From Octopus bimaculoides (Eukaryota), in the NCBI RefSeq assembly GCF_001194135.2, contig NC_068992.1, positions 10,777,833-10,841,832 of the forward strand: DNA of 64,000 bases, in the 5' to 3' direction. The position numbers were made by a program, and so were the translations under genes. Positions 40,258-53,001 of this stretch are shown here, one piece after another (within the stretch, counting starts at the first letter, position 1; the number at the start of each line of letters is the position of its first letter). The notes under the pieces were generated by a model that had not been told where the DNA came from, made no database searches, and was given only the letters and a program-made list of their open reading frames with translations.

Positions 40258-40672
40258 AAGGTACCGGCATGGCAGTGTAGTAAGAACTTTGCTTCTCAGT
40301 CATATGTTCTTGCATTCACTCCCAATGCATGGTACCTCTGGCAAATGCCTCCTGCTATAGCATCAAGCTGATCATAACCTTGCAAGTAGATTTAGTAGAT
40401 GGAAACTAAAAGAAGCCCATTGTATATATCTATATGTATATATATATAGAAATATATGTGTGTGTGTGTGTGTGTGTATCTTTGTCACCAATACTTGAAA
40501 ACTGGCATTGTTTTTTTTACGTCCCCATAACAGCAGTTTGGCAAAAGAAACCAAAAAATAAACCAGATTTTAAAAAATAAACTGGGATTGATTCATTCGA
40601 CCGAAACAAATCCTTTCAAGGTGGTGCCCCAGCATGGCTACAATCCAATCCTGAAACAAATAAAAGATAAAA
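40258..40672 (+). mobile_element. Long CORE-like SINE with internal (TA)/(TG) tract
   Basis: Head GTGTAGTAAGAACTTTGCTTC; TGGCAAATGCCTCCTGCTATAGC; GATGGAAACTAAAAGAAGCCC; tail GGTGCCCCAGCATGGC..CTGAAACAA. Confidence 0.8.
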
Positions 40673-41249
40673 AATAAGTCAGATTATAGTTGTTAAGCAT
40701 GTATGCATTTATCTGGGTGTGAATGCATACTGTGAATGTTACAGCATGCATAATTCTAATATAAACACATGACTGTATCCTCTACATTCATTTGTGTATA
40801 TGTATGTGTAAATGCTTTGCCTGTGGGTGTGCATGCCTGTATGTATGTGTCATGTATGCATAAGTAATTTACTACACTAGTTGCAGTGTAAACCTGAATC
40901 TTACAGGATCTAAGGATAATAAATTTGCGTTAAAACTAAAATTAATTCTATTTTCTTTAAAAGAACAAAAAGTGCTTCCTGCATGAAGTAGCCACAGCAA
41001 GAACAATTCTAAATTGTAGGATATGTATAATCTTCAACATGCAGGCAAAGTGCTGATGTGCCTTCAATTTTCTGGATATGTTGCAATCTATTATGCAACT
41101 GTTGGCAAAATTGATACCAAAATGCTTCAAACATTGTAACAATTGGCAGATTCTCTAATAATAGGCATATTCACTCAACAGGCTCATTGAGTTCTCACTT
41201 TTTAAAAATCTGTGCTATCTCAGCCAAATAACTACTTCAGTTCAGTATA

Positions 41250-41270
41250 CTCACATACATACATACATAC

Positions 41271-41325
<55 letters not shown>

Positions 41326-41326
41326 C

Positions 41327-41401
<75 letters not shown>

Positions 41402-41418
41402 CATACATACATACATAT

Positions 41419-41449
<31 letters not shown>

Positions 41450-41575
41450 CATATATATATATACATACACACACATATATATATATATATACATAAACAC
41501 ACACACACATATATATATACATATACATATGTATGTGTGTATGTATACATATATATATATATGCACACACCCATA

Positions 41576-41607
<32 letters not shown>

Positions 41608-41610
41608 TAA
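41250..41610. repeat. Long compound (TA)n/(TACA)n/(CA)n microsatellite; similar tracts at ~1050-2130, 3030-3460, 8910-9245, 16500-16800, 23550-24175 and 56850-57160
   Basis: Direct reading; these tracts produce the YIYI/THTH/CVCV ORFs. Confidence 0.95.
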
Positions 41611-42593
41611 TAAATTATTTATGAATATCTAGCTATCCATATGTGTGTGTGTGTGCATGTATGTGTGTATGCATGTGTATGTGTGAGATGTGTGTGTGAT
41701 GCGTGTGTGTAGGTGTATAAGGGTATGCAGATGGATACCCATATATTTATGTTTGCAAGGGTGCATGTTTGCAAGGGTGTATGCCGGTAAATACTTATAA
41801 AAATATCAAACAAAATCAGAAGGAAATAGTAAATTGCCAGAGGAGGAGTTAGAGGCAGAAATGAAAGAATATAAAAAGAAAAGAAGGGATAACAGAAGAG
41901 AAGGGAAGCGATGTGATGACAGGGAAGGATTGGAAGGGAAACACCATCCCCCCCTTCCTATTGCTTCTCCTGATTGCCTTCTTTTTGTTTGTTTATTATT
42001 TTCCTGGCATGAAAAATGAGCAAAGTGAAGAAGGAGTTGGGAGGAGAGGAGGAGGGGAGTACAAAGGAGCGGAAAGAAAAGGCAAAAAGGCTATGGGGAG
42101 TAAAACAAAAAGTGGAAAGGAAGGACAAGGAAAAGAAGTAGCAGGTGGAGGAGAAATAGGAAGAGTTAAAGAAGACGAAGAAGAAAACAAAAAATATATA
42201 ATTTACAGAAGAAACAGAGAATGAAGAATAGGGATAGGTGAGAAGAAGAGATTCTAATAGAATTCTGGAATTTTGTATATAGATAAATGCGTAGAATATT
42301 GAAATAAATAAAATTTGTAACAAATACGTCAAAAAGGAATCATAAAAGATATTAATAAGTATATATGTGTGAAGAGAGGCATAAGAAATGCATTGAATAA
42401 ACATTGAAGAAAACGTATGTGTTGAAAATGGTTGATAAAAATGTGTTGAAATGAAATAAAATGATTCAATGTAAATATATATTTGATGGACATACACAGA
42501 GATTCATATGCAATGATGCATTCAATTACATGCAGCATGCAAATGTACAACAGATACATTCTCACACATGAGTCTTAATCCTCAAACGCGCGC

Positions 42594-42629
<36 letters not shown>

Positions 42630-43461
42630 ATGAAGTATACAAATTGAGAAATACGGAGTTCAATAAAAAAAAAAACCAAGAGTGGGCTGTTCAAAAATAT
42701 ATGAAATTATTTCAGATAAACTTTTTTAAGAGGATGTAAAAAAGTGTAAAATATTAGTTAAAAATTTCAATAAAAGTTAATTAGTTGAATGAATACAGTG
42801 GAAACAACCATAACAAAACACAGAAAGTTTGATGCTGAAAAGAACAAAAGTTCTTTGAATCCAGGAAAAAATATAAGCAACCTTCAGATAAGAATATATG
42901 AAAATCTAGAAAGAAAGTATAGTAATAGTGACAAAAACGTAGATTGTTTTTTTCTTAAGTTCAGATATTAAAAACAGTTGGTAATAGACAATAGACAGGT
43001 AAAGAAAATAAAAGTTAAAAGAATAAATTGTGTTTAAGATCCAGTTTGTTAAAAAAGCTCAGTATACATCATTCATTAAGCAGTAGTATGTTACAAAGCA
43101 AGAAACTCGTGGTGTGTCTGCGAGAATCTAATAATTCAAACTTTCTTTTTTATTCAAAGCACATCTTTCTAGAATAGAATGACATAAGTTTTTGTGCAAA
43201 CACAAAACAGATCTCAAAGAAGAATGGAAAGAGCAGTGTCTGTAAGGACTAAGCTTAAGGCACTCCACATTTCAACTTTCCAAGCATCAAACTAATACCA
43301 TATTCACCAAACTTTGTTATTTTGGGGGATTTTTGCACTGTTATTTCAATGTTTATTGACCTTCCAACAGACTTACATACATACGTACAAACACACACAC
43401 ACACATATATGTATGTATGTATATGTATATATATATTTATACATGCACACAAACGTCTATA

Positions 43462-43660
43462 TTCTATTCTTTTACTTATTTCAGTCATTTTACTGTGGCC
43501 ATGTTGTAGCACCACCTTTAGTCAAACAAATTGACCCCAGGACCTATTCTTTGTAAACCTAGTACTTATTCTGTCGGTCTGTTGTGCCAAACCACTAAGT
43601 TACAGGGATGTAAACACACCAACATCAGTTGTCAAGCAATGGTGGGACAACAAACATAAA
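43462..43660 (-). mobile_element. CORE-like SINE 3' half
   Basis: TTTCAGTCATTTTACTGTGGCCATGTTGTAGCACCACC..GGATGTAAACACACCAACATCAGTTGTCAAGCAATGGTGGG. Confidence 0.82.
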
Positions 43661-43670
43661 CACAAACACA

Positions 43671-43716
<46 letters not shown>

Positions 43717-43931
43717 TATATATATATATATATAAAACAAATAATAAATGAGTATATGCATATATACATACAGGTATGTACATACCTACGTCTACCTGTA
43801 TATATAGGTGCATATCTGGGTACAGGACATTGCAAACAAAACGTGGGCAATAAAGAAATATGTAATAAGAGACTGAAAAGAGCCCATCATATATATTTGT
43901 GCATGTATGTGTGTGTGCATGGTTCATGTGT

Positions 43932-44549
43932 NNNNNNNNNNNNNNNNNNNNNNNNNNNNNNNNNNNNNNNNNNNNNNNNNNNNNNNNNNNNNNNNNNNNN
44001 NNNNNNNNNNNNNNNNNNNNNNNNNNNNNNNNNNNNNNNNNNNNNNNNNNNNNNNNNNNNNNNNNNNNNNNNNNNNNNNNNNNNNNNNNNNNNNNNNNNN
44101 NNNNNNNNNNNNNNNNNNNNNNNNNNNNNNNNNNNNNNNNNNNNNNNNNNNNNNNNNNNNNNNNNNNNNNNNNNNNNNNNNNNNNNNNNNNNNNNNNNNN
44201 NNNNNNNNNNNNNNNNNNNNNNNNNNNNNNNNNNNNNNNNNNNNNNNNNNNNNNNNNNNNNNNNNNNNNNNNNNNNNNNNNNNNNNNNNNNNNNNNNNNN
44301 NNNNNNNNNNNNNNNNNNNNNNNNNNNNNNNNNNNNNNNNNNNNNNNNNNNNNNNNNNNNNNNNNNNNNNNNNNNNNNNNNNNNNNNNNNNNNNNNNNNN
44401 NNNNNNNNNNNNNNNNNNNNNNNNNNNNNNNNNNNNNNNNNNNNNNNNNNNNNNNNNNNNNNNNNNNNNNNNNNNNNNNNNNNNNNNNNNNNNNNNNNNN
44501 NNNNNNNNNNNNNNNNNNNNNNNNNNNNNNNNNNNNNNNNNNNNNNNNT
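43932..44549. other. Assembly gap (largest). Others: 1146-1662, 5591-5600, 13641-13650, 22597-22606, 23574-23583, 23966-23975, 33039-33052, 33384-33590, 35170-35412, 45930-46324, 52540-52949, 53656-54058, 57576-57789, 59355-59432, 62235-62334
   Basis: Runs of N, mostly flanked by (TA)n or satellite. Confidence 0.99.
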
Positions 44550-45416
44550 AATAGTCTTGTTCTTTCCTATAAAAATCATTTTCAGGAGAATCAGAAATTC
44601 TTAAAGAAGCTCCTAAAAACCAAAATATATATAATTCTTTAACATGAGAAATTTACGATTTTTTTTTCTCCTTAAATAATTCAAATTCATAGATATCACT
44701 CAAATCTGAAGAATAAGTGTTTTCCATGATAATATATTAGTTGTTAATCAAAAATTATAAAATTGTAAGTAAAAATATTTTAAGCATTACAATTTTTTTT
44801 TTTTTTAAATCTCTAATTCACTTGCAACAGCTTGCAATATCTTTATATTTATATGAATGAAATACTAAAAGAATGATTTCAAACTTTCTACATATTATGC
44901 AATATTTCAAAGTGGTAACTCAGTGTTAAGAGAGCTTGGTGAAAATGCAGGCATCAACCAAATGGGTAAGAGCAAAGAAATTTGTTTTTTTTAATATAAA
45001 GAATATTCAGTATTTGTAAAAACTTACATTTGTAAAATATATACGTTAATAACTCTAAATTCACAAGTTACATCTAGCGATAGATGGATTCAACTTTGGT
45101 GAACATGTTTAGCTATTACATGGCTGCATAGGAGCAGGCTTGGCTGTATAGCTGAGAAATTTACTTCCTAATCACACAGTTTCAGGTTCAGTCCCACATA
45201 GGTATTAGAAATAAATAAAAAATATGTGTATGTGTGTGTATGCGTGTGCATGTAGGTGTGTGTGTATGCATGTGTGTGTGTATGTATGTATGTGTGCATG
45301 TGTATGCGTATCTCCTTGTCTTAACATTGTATATTAGTGGTAAATAAGTGTCACCATTATACAAATTGATATTCATTTCCAGTCTTAAAACTGTGACGAT
45401 GGTGATATACATACCT

Positions 45417-45447
<31 letters not shown>

Positions 45448-45825
45448 TAGATATCTACTATGAACGTAGTTTTGTTTAAAATTAGTTCCATTGTTCAGAT
45501 TATATTTGTATTGTCTTATCCAATTATTATTCTGTTATTTCATAACAAAAAAGATCTCAAAAAAAAGAAAGAAAAAAAAATTCACATTTATTAAACTCAC
45601 ACCTTTGTCCCTTTGACCCTAACTTGCCAAAAAGACTGGCTGAAGAGAACCAGTCAGGCAATAACTCTGATTAATTTGCATAAGGCAGTCAAACACAGCA
45701 TCGTAGTAAATAACATTTCATTCAATGCATCTTTTATTTATAAGTAGAAGCTGATTGTTTTTGTAAATTAACTTTCCAAAGATAGATATTAAAGAAAAAA
45801 ATTAAGACTTTTTGCACATATTTAA

Positions 45826-45893
<68 letters not shown>

Positions 45894-46325
45894 GCATGTG
45901 TGTAAATGTATATTCATATATATATATATNNNNNNNNNNNNNNNNNNNNNNNNNNNNNNNNNNNNNNNNNNNNNNNNNNNNNNNNNNNNNNNNNNNNNNN
46001 NNNNNNNNNNNNNNNNNNNNNNNNNNNNNNNNNNNNNNNNNNNNNNNNNNNNNNNNNNNNNNNNNNNNNNNNNNNNNNNNNNNNNNNNNNNNNNNNNNNN
46101 NNNNNNNNNNNNNNNNNNNNNNNNNNNNNNNNNNNNNNNNNNNNNNNNNNNNNNNNNNNNNNNNNNNNNNNNNNNNNNNNNNNNNNNNNNNNNNNNNNNN
46201 NNNNNNNNNNNNNNNNNNNNNNNNNNNNNNNNNNNNNNNNNNNNNNNNNNNNNNNNNNNNNNNNNNNNNNNNNNNNNNNNNNNNNNNNNNNNNNNNNNNN
46301 NNNNNNNNNNNNNNNNNNNNNNNNN

Positions 46326-46358
<33 letters not shown>

Positions 46359-46362
<4 letters not shown>

Positions 46363-46488
46363 TCATCATCATCATCATCGTTTAACGTCCGCTTTCCATG
46401 CTAGCATGGGTTGGACGATTTGACTGAGGACTGGTGAAACCGGATGGCAACACCAGGCTCCAGTCTAATTTGGCAGAGTTTCTACAGC
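46359..46488 (-). mobile_element. Young, strongly 5'-truncated RTE 3' UTR copy inside (TA)n
   Basis: (CAT)n-CGTTTAACGTCCGCTTTCCATGCTAGCATGG..TTTCTACAGCT; (TA)n on both sides. Confidence 0.88.
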
Positions 46489-47003
46489 TATATATATATA
46501 TATATATGCTGGTGTATACATATATATACATGTACACACACACAGATGTATGCATACACATATGTACATGCATTCATTTATTTCTTCATTTGCTTATCCA
46601 GTTTTTCCATGTTAGCATGAAATAGATAATTCTATTATCGACACCTTCTTTCACAGCCTGATTTCACTTCTTTCCATAATCCTTACCAGTTTTTCCAGGA
46701 AGCGATCTCTTATCACCCTTGCCTTCAAATGCATGTAGGGAGCTGATGGTTCTTTGACAGAAGGAATAACAACAGCCCTCGTAACTCACAACCATTCCAA
46801 AGCACAAATATAAGCAAACACTCAGTGTGTTTCTTTTACCGAATCTATTGACAAGGCTTTTGTTGGGTGAGGTTGTGTAGCAGAAACTTGCTCAAGATGT
46901 TGTGCAGTAGGATTGAATCTGAAACCATGTGACTAGCAAGCAGACTTCTTAACCACACACCTATGTCTCTCTCTCTCTTTTTCTCTGACTGTCTATCACT
47001 CTC

Positions 47004-47057
<54 letters not shown>

Positions 47058-47519
47058 TACATACCACCATCATATATATATATACATACATACATCAAAA
47101 TCAAAATCAAATCAAACCACAATTAAAAAATGGAAATTGTAGTTGTGGCTGATGCCAGCGCCACCTATCTGGCTCCCTGTGCCAGTGACATGTAAAAAGC
47201 ACTATCCAAACGTCATCGATGCCATATATATAATTAAATAATGTGGGTGGCTTATTAGTAATGTAACAACCTAAAGACAAATTTATAGATGTCACTACAG
47301 TGACAGAATATACAAAGTGGTACCAGCATTGCTAGAAATAAGAGTCAAAATGACTCATTAATCACAAGAGTACTATCTTAATAAGCTCCCTACGTTCACA
47401 GATATAGCCATATGACATGATTTCAAATTTTGATGCAGGGCACATACAAATATATATATATATATACATATAGGTGCAGGAAGGGGTATGTGGTAAGAAG
47501 TAGTGTATATGTATATTCT

Positions 47520-47916
47520 TTTCTATGCTAGGTACAAGGCCTGAAATTTTGGGGGAGGGGCAGTGGATTAGGTCGACCGCAGTACGCAACTGGTACTCAA
47601 TTTATGAACCCTGAAAGGACGAAAGGCAAAGTCGACCTTCAGATGAAATACTGCTAAATATTTCACCCATCATACTAATGTTTCTTATTTCTTTATTGCC
47701 CACAAGGGGCTAAACATAGAGGGGACAAACAAGGACAGACAATGGGATTAAATCGATTAGATCGACCCCAGAATGCAACTGGTACTTAATTTATCGACCC
47801 CGAAAGGATGAAAGGCAAAGTCGACCTCGCCGGAATTTGAACTCAGAATTTAACAGTAAATGAAATACCGCTAAGCATTTCGCCCAGCGTGCTAACGTTT
47901 CTGCCAGCTCACTGCC
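47520..47916 (-). mobile_element. Dimeric SINE (head-core-tail1 plus truncated head-core-tail2)
   Basis: Two GAAAGG(A/.)(T/C)GAAAGGCAAAGTCGACC cores at ~47615 and ~47805; same tail1/head junction as 39998-40019. Confidence 0.85.
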
Positions 47917-48353
47917 TTTGTGTGTATGTATATTGTTGACTCTATGAGAAAATGCATACATAGTTGCAGGCATTGGGAAGGGCATCATACCAACTAGTAA
48001 TTTTGAACCTACACTTTGGGAGGCAGAATGTGATGACCTCTCCAACCCATAGCAACCCATGGAAACAAATGTAAAATGATGATAAAGATGATGGTGATCA
48101 TGATAAACATAATGACTATAATGATGATCATGCTGTATGTATGTATGTATGTATGTATGTATGTATTAATTGGGTGTGAAGTGTGTATATTATTATTACG
48201 TAGATGAAAATGGGGAAAAAATAATTTTATAATACTGGTATTTCTTTTGTGTTTACTTAATGTTCTTAGGATTTAAAATCAACAAAGAATTTTTAATGCC
48301 AAATAAAATAGATATTGATGCCACGAGAATATGTGTCTGTTTGTGGCTTTGTA

Positions 48354-48395
<42 letters not shown>

Positions 48396-49325
48396 CGCTT
48401 GTCTGTCTGTGTGTGTATATATATATGTGTGTGTGTATATACAAATATATATACATGTGTGTGTGTATACAAATATCTATATGCATACGTATACATATGT
48501 GGGTATGTATATTAGTTGTGTGAGTGTGAACATATTTGTGTCTATATATGTGTTGGTGCGTGTGTGTGTATGTGTGTGGTGAGTGTTTATTGCTTTTTAT
48601 TGGATTGCATTCAATTTTATTTCAAAATTAAAATGAAAAAGGCTAAAACATTTTTTCCATCACCACAATCATCATCCACATCACACTCAATAACCACAAC
48701 AACAACAGCTGCAACAACAGCTACAATAACAACAAGTACATTAAAATCAATAACAACAACAGCTTTACACTCTTCATCAATAAGATCATCACAATTATCA
48801 ACAACATCAATTATTATTGATAGAAATTTTTCAGTAATTTCTAATACAACCATTTAATTATTAATATCATAATTATCATCGTCATCATTGTCGTGGTCGC
48901 TATCATCACCATCATCATGAAGAACAACAACAATACCATCAAATTCATAAACAGCCAGAACATCATAATACAACATTGAAGTGTCAATATAATCACTCAA
49001 CCTATTAGAAAGAGCAGCCTAATAACCCTCGAAACATAAAGACCAGAAGAACCAGCATGGGTGAGAGAGTGGAAGGAATGAATATATGATGGAAAAAGAA
49101 AGGTAGGATTATGTAGAGCGGAGTGAGTTGAAGAATGATTGGCAATGGCAGAGGTAGACGAGCGTAAAGGTGGGTAATGTGATAACAGCAAGAGGTGATG
49201 GGGAGAAATAGAAGTTGCCCAGGGAAGAGAGAGACAGAGTGAGTGAGAGAGACAGAGTGAGTGAGAGACAGACAGACAGACAGTGGTAAAGTCACACAGT
49301 ATTAGGAAGTGGGATGTAGATGACT

Positions 49326-49525
49326 TCATGCAGTCTGATTAATGCAGTCTGATTAATGCAGTCTGATGTCTGATGCAATTTGTTTGATGCCGTCTGTTCG
49401 GTGCAGTCTTTTTGATGCATATTGATGCTCTCTGATGTAGTCTGGTTAATGGAATCTGTCTGATGCAATCTATTTGATGCAGTTTGTTTGATGCATTCTG
49501 ATGCAGTGTGATTGATGCAGTCTCT
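49326..49525. repeat. Degenerate ~14-bp minisatellite (TGATGCAGTCTGAT-like)
   Basis: ATGCAGTCTGATTA-type units at 49328-49365, followed by about ten diverged TGATGCA units. Confidence 0.88.
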
Positions 49526-51574
49526 TATACATAGACCTAGTTAAGGGTGGAAGGTACCAGATTGATGAAGATGATACAGGCAGTACAGAAAGAAAAGGCT
49601 GCAATGTACCAGAAAAAATGGATGAGTATGGTCTGTTTTAACCGTAACAGTGAAGGGCAAGGATGTCAGAGTGATTAGGATGAGGTTAACAGTACAAAGG
49701 GGTAACATTACAGTATACTGGGAGAAGATATGAGGGTGGACTGATGCAGTCTCTCATAGATAAACCTAATAAAGGTCAAAGATATCAGAGTGATTAAGAT
49801 GTTGATAGCAGCACAGGTGGAGTGGTGTTACAGCAGTGTACTGGGAAGTAATATCTGTGGAGGTAGACGGATGCATTGAGCAGTGTTGTCCTAGGTACAC
49901 TATGTTTGAAAAGAAAATGTAATGGTCTTGACCTAAAACACCTGTGATTATTGGTCTTCTGGGTTAGGGATGCCAACAATGAGATAATCACAATGTTTAA
50001 CAATGAAACTATCATAAGCCACCCTAGACACGCAGCTAGGCTGACTCTACACAAGTCACCTTGAAACATGACTCAAAAATAACAGAGATTTAGAATATCA
50101 CCTCCCAAATCACTCATTCATCTATCTCCTTTCTAGCAACACCAAAGAACATTAAACTGAAATAACGTCATACTTAGTCACATCCACCAACCACACATAG
50201 TATAGATACAAGTACATTCTCTTTCTCCACCTTTTAAAACAGTTCAGTATGTCGTGAGGGTGATTTGGCTGCTCTTTCTGATAGGTTAAGAGATTATAAT
50301 AAAGGCTTCTTTGTTGCACCAGTATCTCACAATTGTTTATAATCTTATGTTATTGCTGTTGATTATTATGATATTAATGATTAAATGGTTGCAACCAAAA
50401 TTCCTATAAATAATAAGTGAGGTTTTTAATAATTGTGATAGTCATGCACACACACATACACACACACACGTATATCTTTGTGTGTATGTGCAAGTGTGTT
50501 AGTATGTGTAGAAGTGTGCGTGTGTCTGTCTTCACCGTGTCATTGTTTGAGCAAAATCAGTGACATTGTTTACATCTTTTGTAAACAATATGACCAACAT
50601 CTTGGCAGTTTTGTCATATATGAAGACTAGTGAAATAAATAAAACAAAGAACTTTATTAGAAATACAATAAGGGTTGGTTACACGAAGAACATCCAACAG
50701 TTTATAATACTATTTCAGTAAGTCTCATCTAACCTATGCCAGCTTAAAGAAAGAGGATGTAAAACTGATGAAGATGAGAGAAATAGCTGCAGCAATAACA
50801 ACCTCACTAATCTAGAACACAATACAACAATGCAGACTCCACCAATAATAGGTACGGCTGAACAGGATCTATTTTGTTCTGATAGGAGGTGGACAAGTTC
50901 ACCTTGCCCACCTTCTCAGAGCTTCACCATTAGACTCTGCTTGCATGCAGAAATAAAAAGGAAATTGAAACACACCCACAAGAGCATCTGCAACAGATCC
51001 AGAATATCACACAGCACCTGATATCGTTAGCTTTCTTCATTACAGTTACCTAAAAATAGCAGTCAAATCACCCTCAAAATACACGGTAAAACCTTAAAAA
51101 GGGAAGGAAAGCAATCCAGAACACTATAATGGATGCACACTCAGCTGATAACAGCTGCAGCAGAACAAACTATTGTCTTCTGACTAAGTCTATCTTGCCC
51201 ACCTTCTCTGTGGTTACGACTAGAATCTACAGAAATAGACTGGAGATTGAAAAGCACCCATGAGGGAATTTGCAACATATCCAGAACGTATTGCTGTATT
51301 TTCATATTATATTTCTTTGTTTTTATTTTCTATTTTTATTCTATTTAAAACATATAGATAGCAATTGTTATGGATAAAAATTTGGAAGGTGGTGCATCAG
51401 CATGACCGCAGCTCTGAGCTGAAACTTTGAAATGAAAATACTGCCTAATCTTCATCATCCGTATAAAAGATTCATGTTAAGAAATACTCTGTAGACTGAC
51501 CATGATGATAGTAAATGAGTTTCAGCCACCAGCATAAATACTAAGTAAAAAAAAAAGTATGGTACAGAATTAAT

Positions 51575-51720
51575 ATTGGTTTCAGATTTTGGCACAAGGT
51601 CAGCAATTTCAGAGGAGCGGGCTTGTCAGTTACATGGACCCCAGTGTTCAACTAGTACTTATTCTATTGACCCCCAAAAGAATGAAAAGCAAAATCGATC
51701 TTATGTCTCAAGCAGGATAC
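51575..51720 (-). mobile_element. Same-core SINE 3' half
   Basis: TTTCAGATTTTGGCACAAGGTCAGCAATTTC..TTGACCCCCAAAAGAATGAAAAGCAAAATCGA. Confidence 0.72.
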
Positions 51721-51885
51721 ATAAGCTTGCCAGTTTATTGTACTTTTACAGCATGAAACTAATAGTAGCTCAAATTTAAATATTGTATACATTAAATTTA
51801 TACAATTTATATAAATTGTATACATTAAATTATATATATATAATAGTAAAGGTGGCTGGGAGAAATTTAAAATCAAAAAGGAAAC

Positions 51886-52508
51886 AATCCACCATCACTA
51901 AAAGTAGCCATAGGGTACAATGAGCACCAGCATTACTAGAAATAGAAGTCAAAGACACGTTAGCCACAAAAAGTCACATGTTTTATTTGGACTGACAGGG
52001 GAGACAACACCCCCCTCTATAAGCGAGCGGCATTAGATTAACATGTTAATCTTGTATAAGGAATTAATACTTATCAATAATGCTTACTCCATCATGGGCG
52101 GTGGCTAAGGAGTCTTTGACTCTTATTTCTAGCAGTGCTGGCGCTCATTGCATCCTTTGGCCACTTTTAGCGATGGTGAATTATTTCTTTTTTCGTTTTA
52201 AATTGCTTTCAGCCACCTTTATTATTTTATAATTATCAAGAAATCAGTTACTGATTTCTCTGGCATTTTCCATAAAAATCACTGGCATGATTTCAGTTCC
52301 ACCACCTGTGATAGAGTAAGAATTACTAACAAGTATTAATTTCTTATATGAAACTAACATGTTAATTTAATGCAGCTCACTCACAGAGGGGAGTGATGTC
52401 TCCCCTGTCAGTCCAAATAGAACATGTGACTTTTTGTGGTTAAGTCTTTGACTCCTATTTCTAGCAATGCTGGTGATTATTGCACCCTTTGGTCACTTTT
52501 CGTGAAGG

Positions 52509-52512
<4 letters not shown>
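51886..52512. mobile_element. Foldback/MITE-like long inverted repeat
   Basis: Arm ~51886-52089 is the reverse complement of arm ~52314-52512 (GGACTGACAGGGGAGACA / TGTCTCCCCTGTCAGTCC); extra terminal copy at ~52100-52180. Confidence 0.85.
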
Positions 52513-52539
<27 letters not shown>

Positions 52540-52949
52540 NNNNNNNNNNNNNNNNNNNNNNNNNNNNNNNNNNNNNNNNNNNNNNNNNNNNNNNNNNNNN
52601 NNNNNNNNNNNNNNNNNNNNNNNNNNNNNNNNNNNNNNNNNNNNNNNNNNNNNNNNNNNNNNNNNNNNNNNNNNNNNNNNNNNNNNNNNNNNNNNNNNNN
52701 NNNNNNNNNNNNNNNNNNNNNNNNNNNNNNNNNNNNNNNNNNNNNNNNNNNNNNNNNNNNNNNNNNNNNNNNNNNNNNNNNNNNNNNNNNNNNNNNNNNN
52801 NNNNNNNNNNNNNNNNNNNNNNNNNNNNNNNNNNNNNNNNNNNNNNNNNNNNNNNNNNNNNNNNNNNNNNNNNNNNNNNNNNNNNNNNNNNNNNNNNNNN
52901 NNNNNNNNNNNNNNNNNNNNNNNNNNNNNNNNNNNNNNNNNNNNNNNNN

Positions 52950-53001
<52 letters not shown>

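Noticed and set aside
41834-42260. Glu/Lys/Gly-rich ORFs
   Set aside because: A purine-rich low-complexity tract with no domain signal.
48516-48857. Mucin-like Ser/Thr-rich ORF
   Set aside because: It derives from degenerate (ACA)/(TCA) repeats continuing outside the ORF, with no convincing splice sites.
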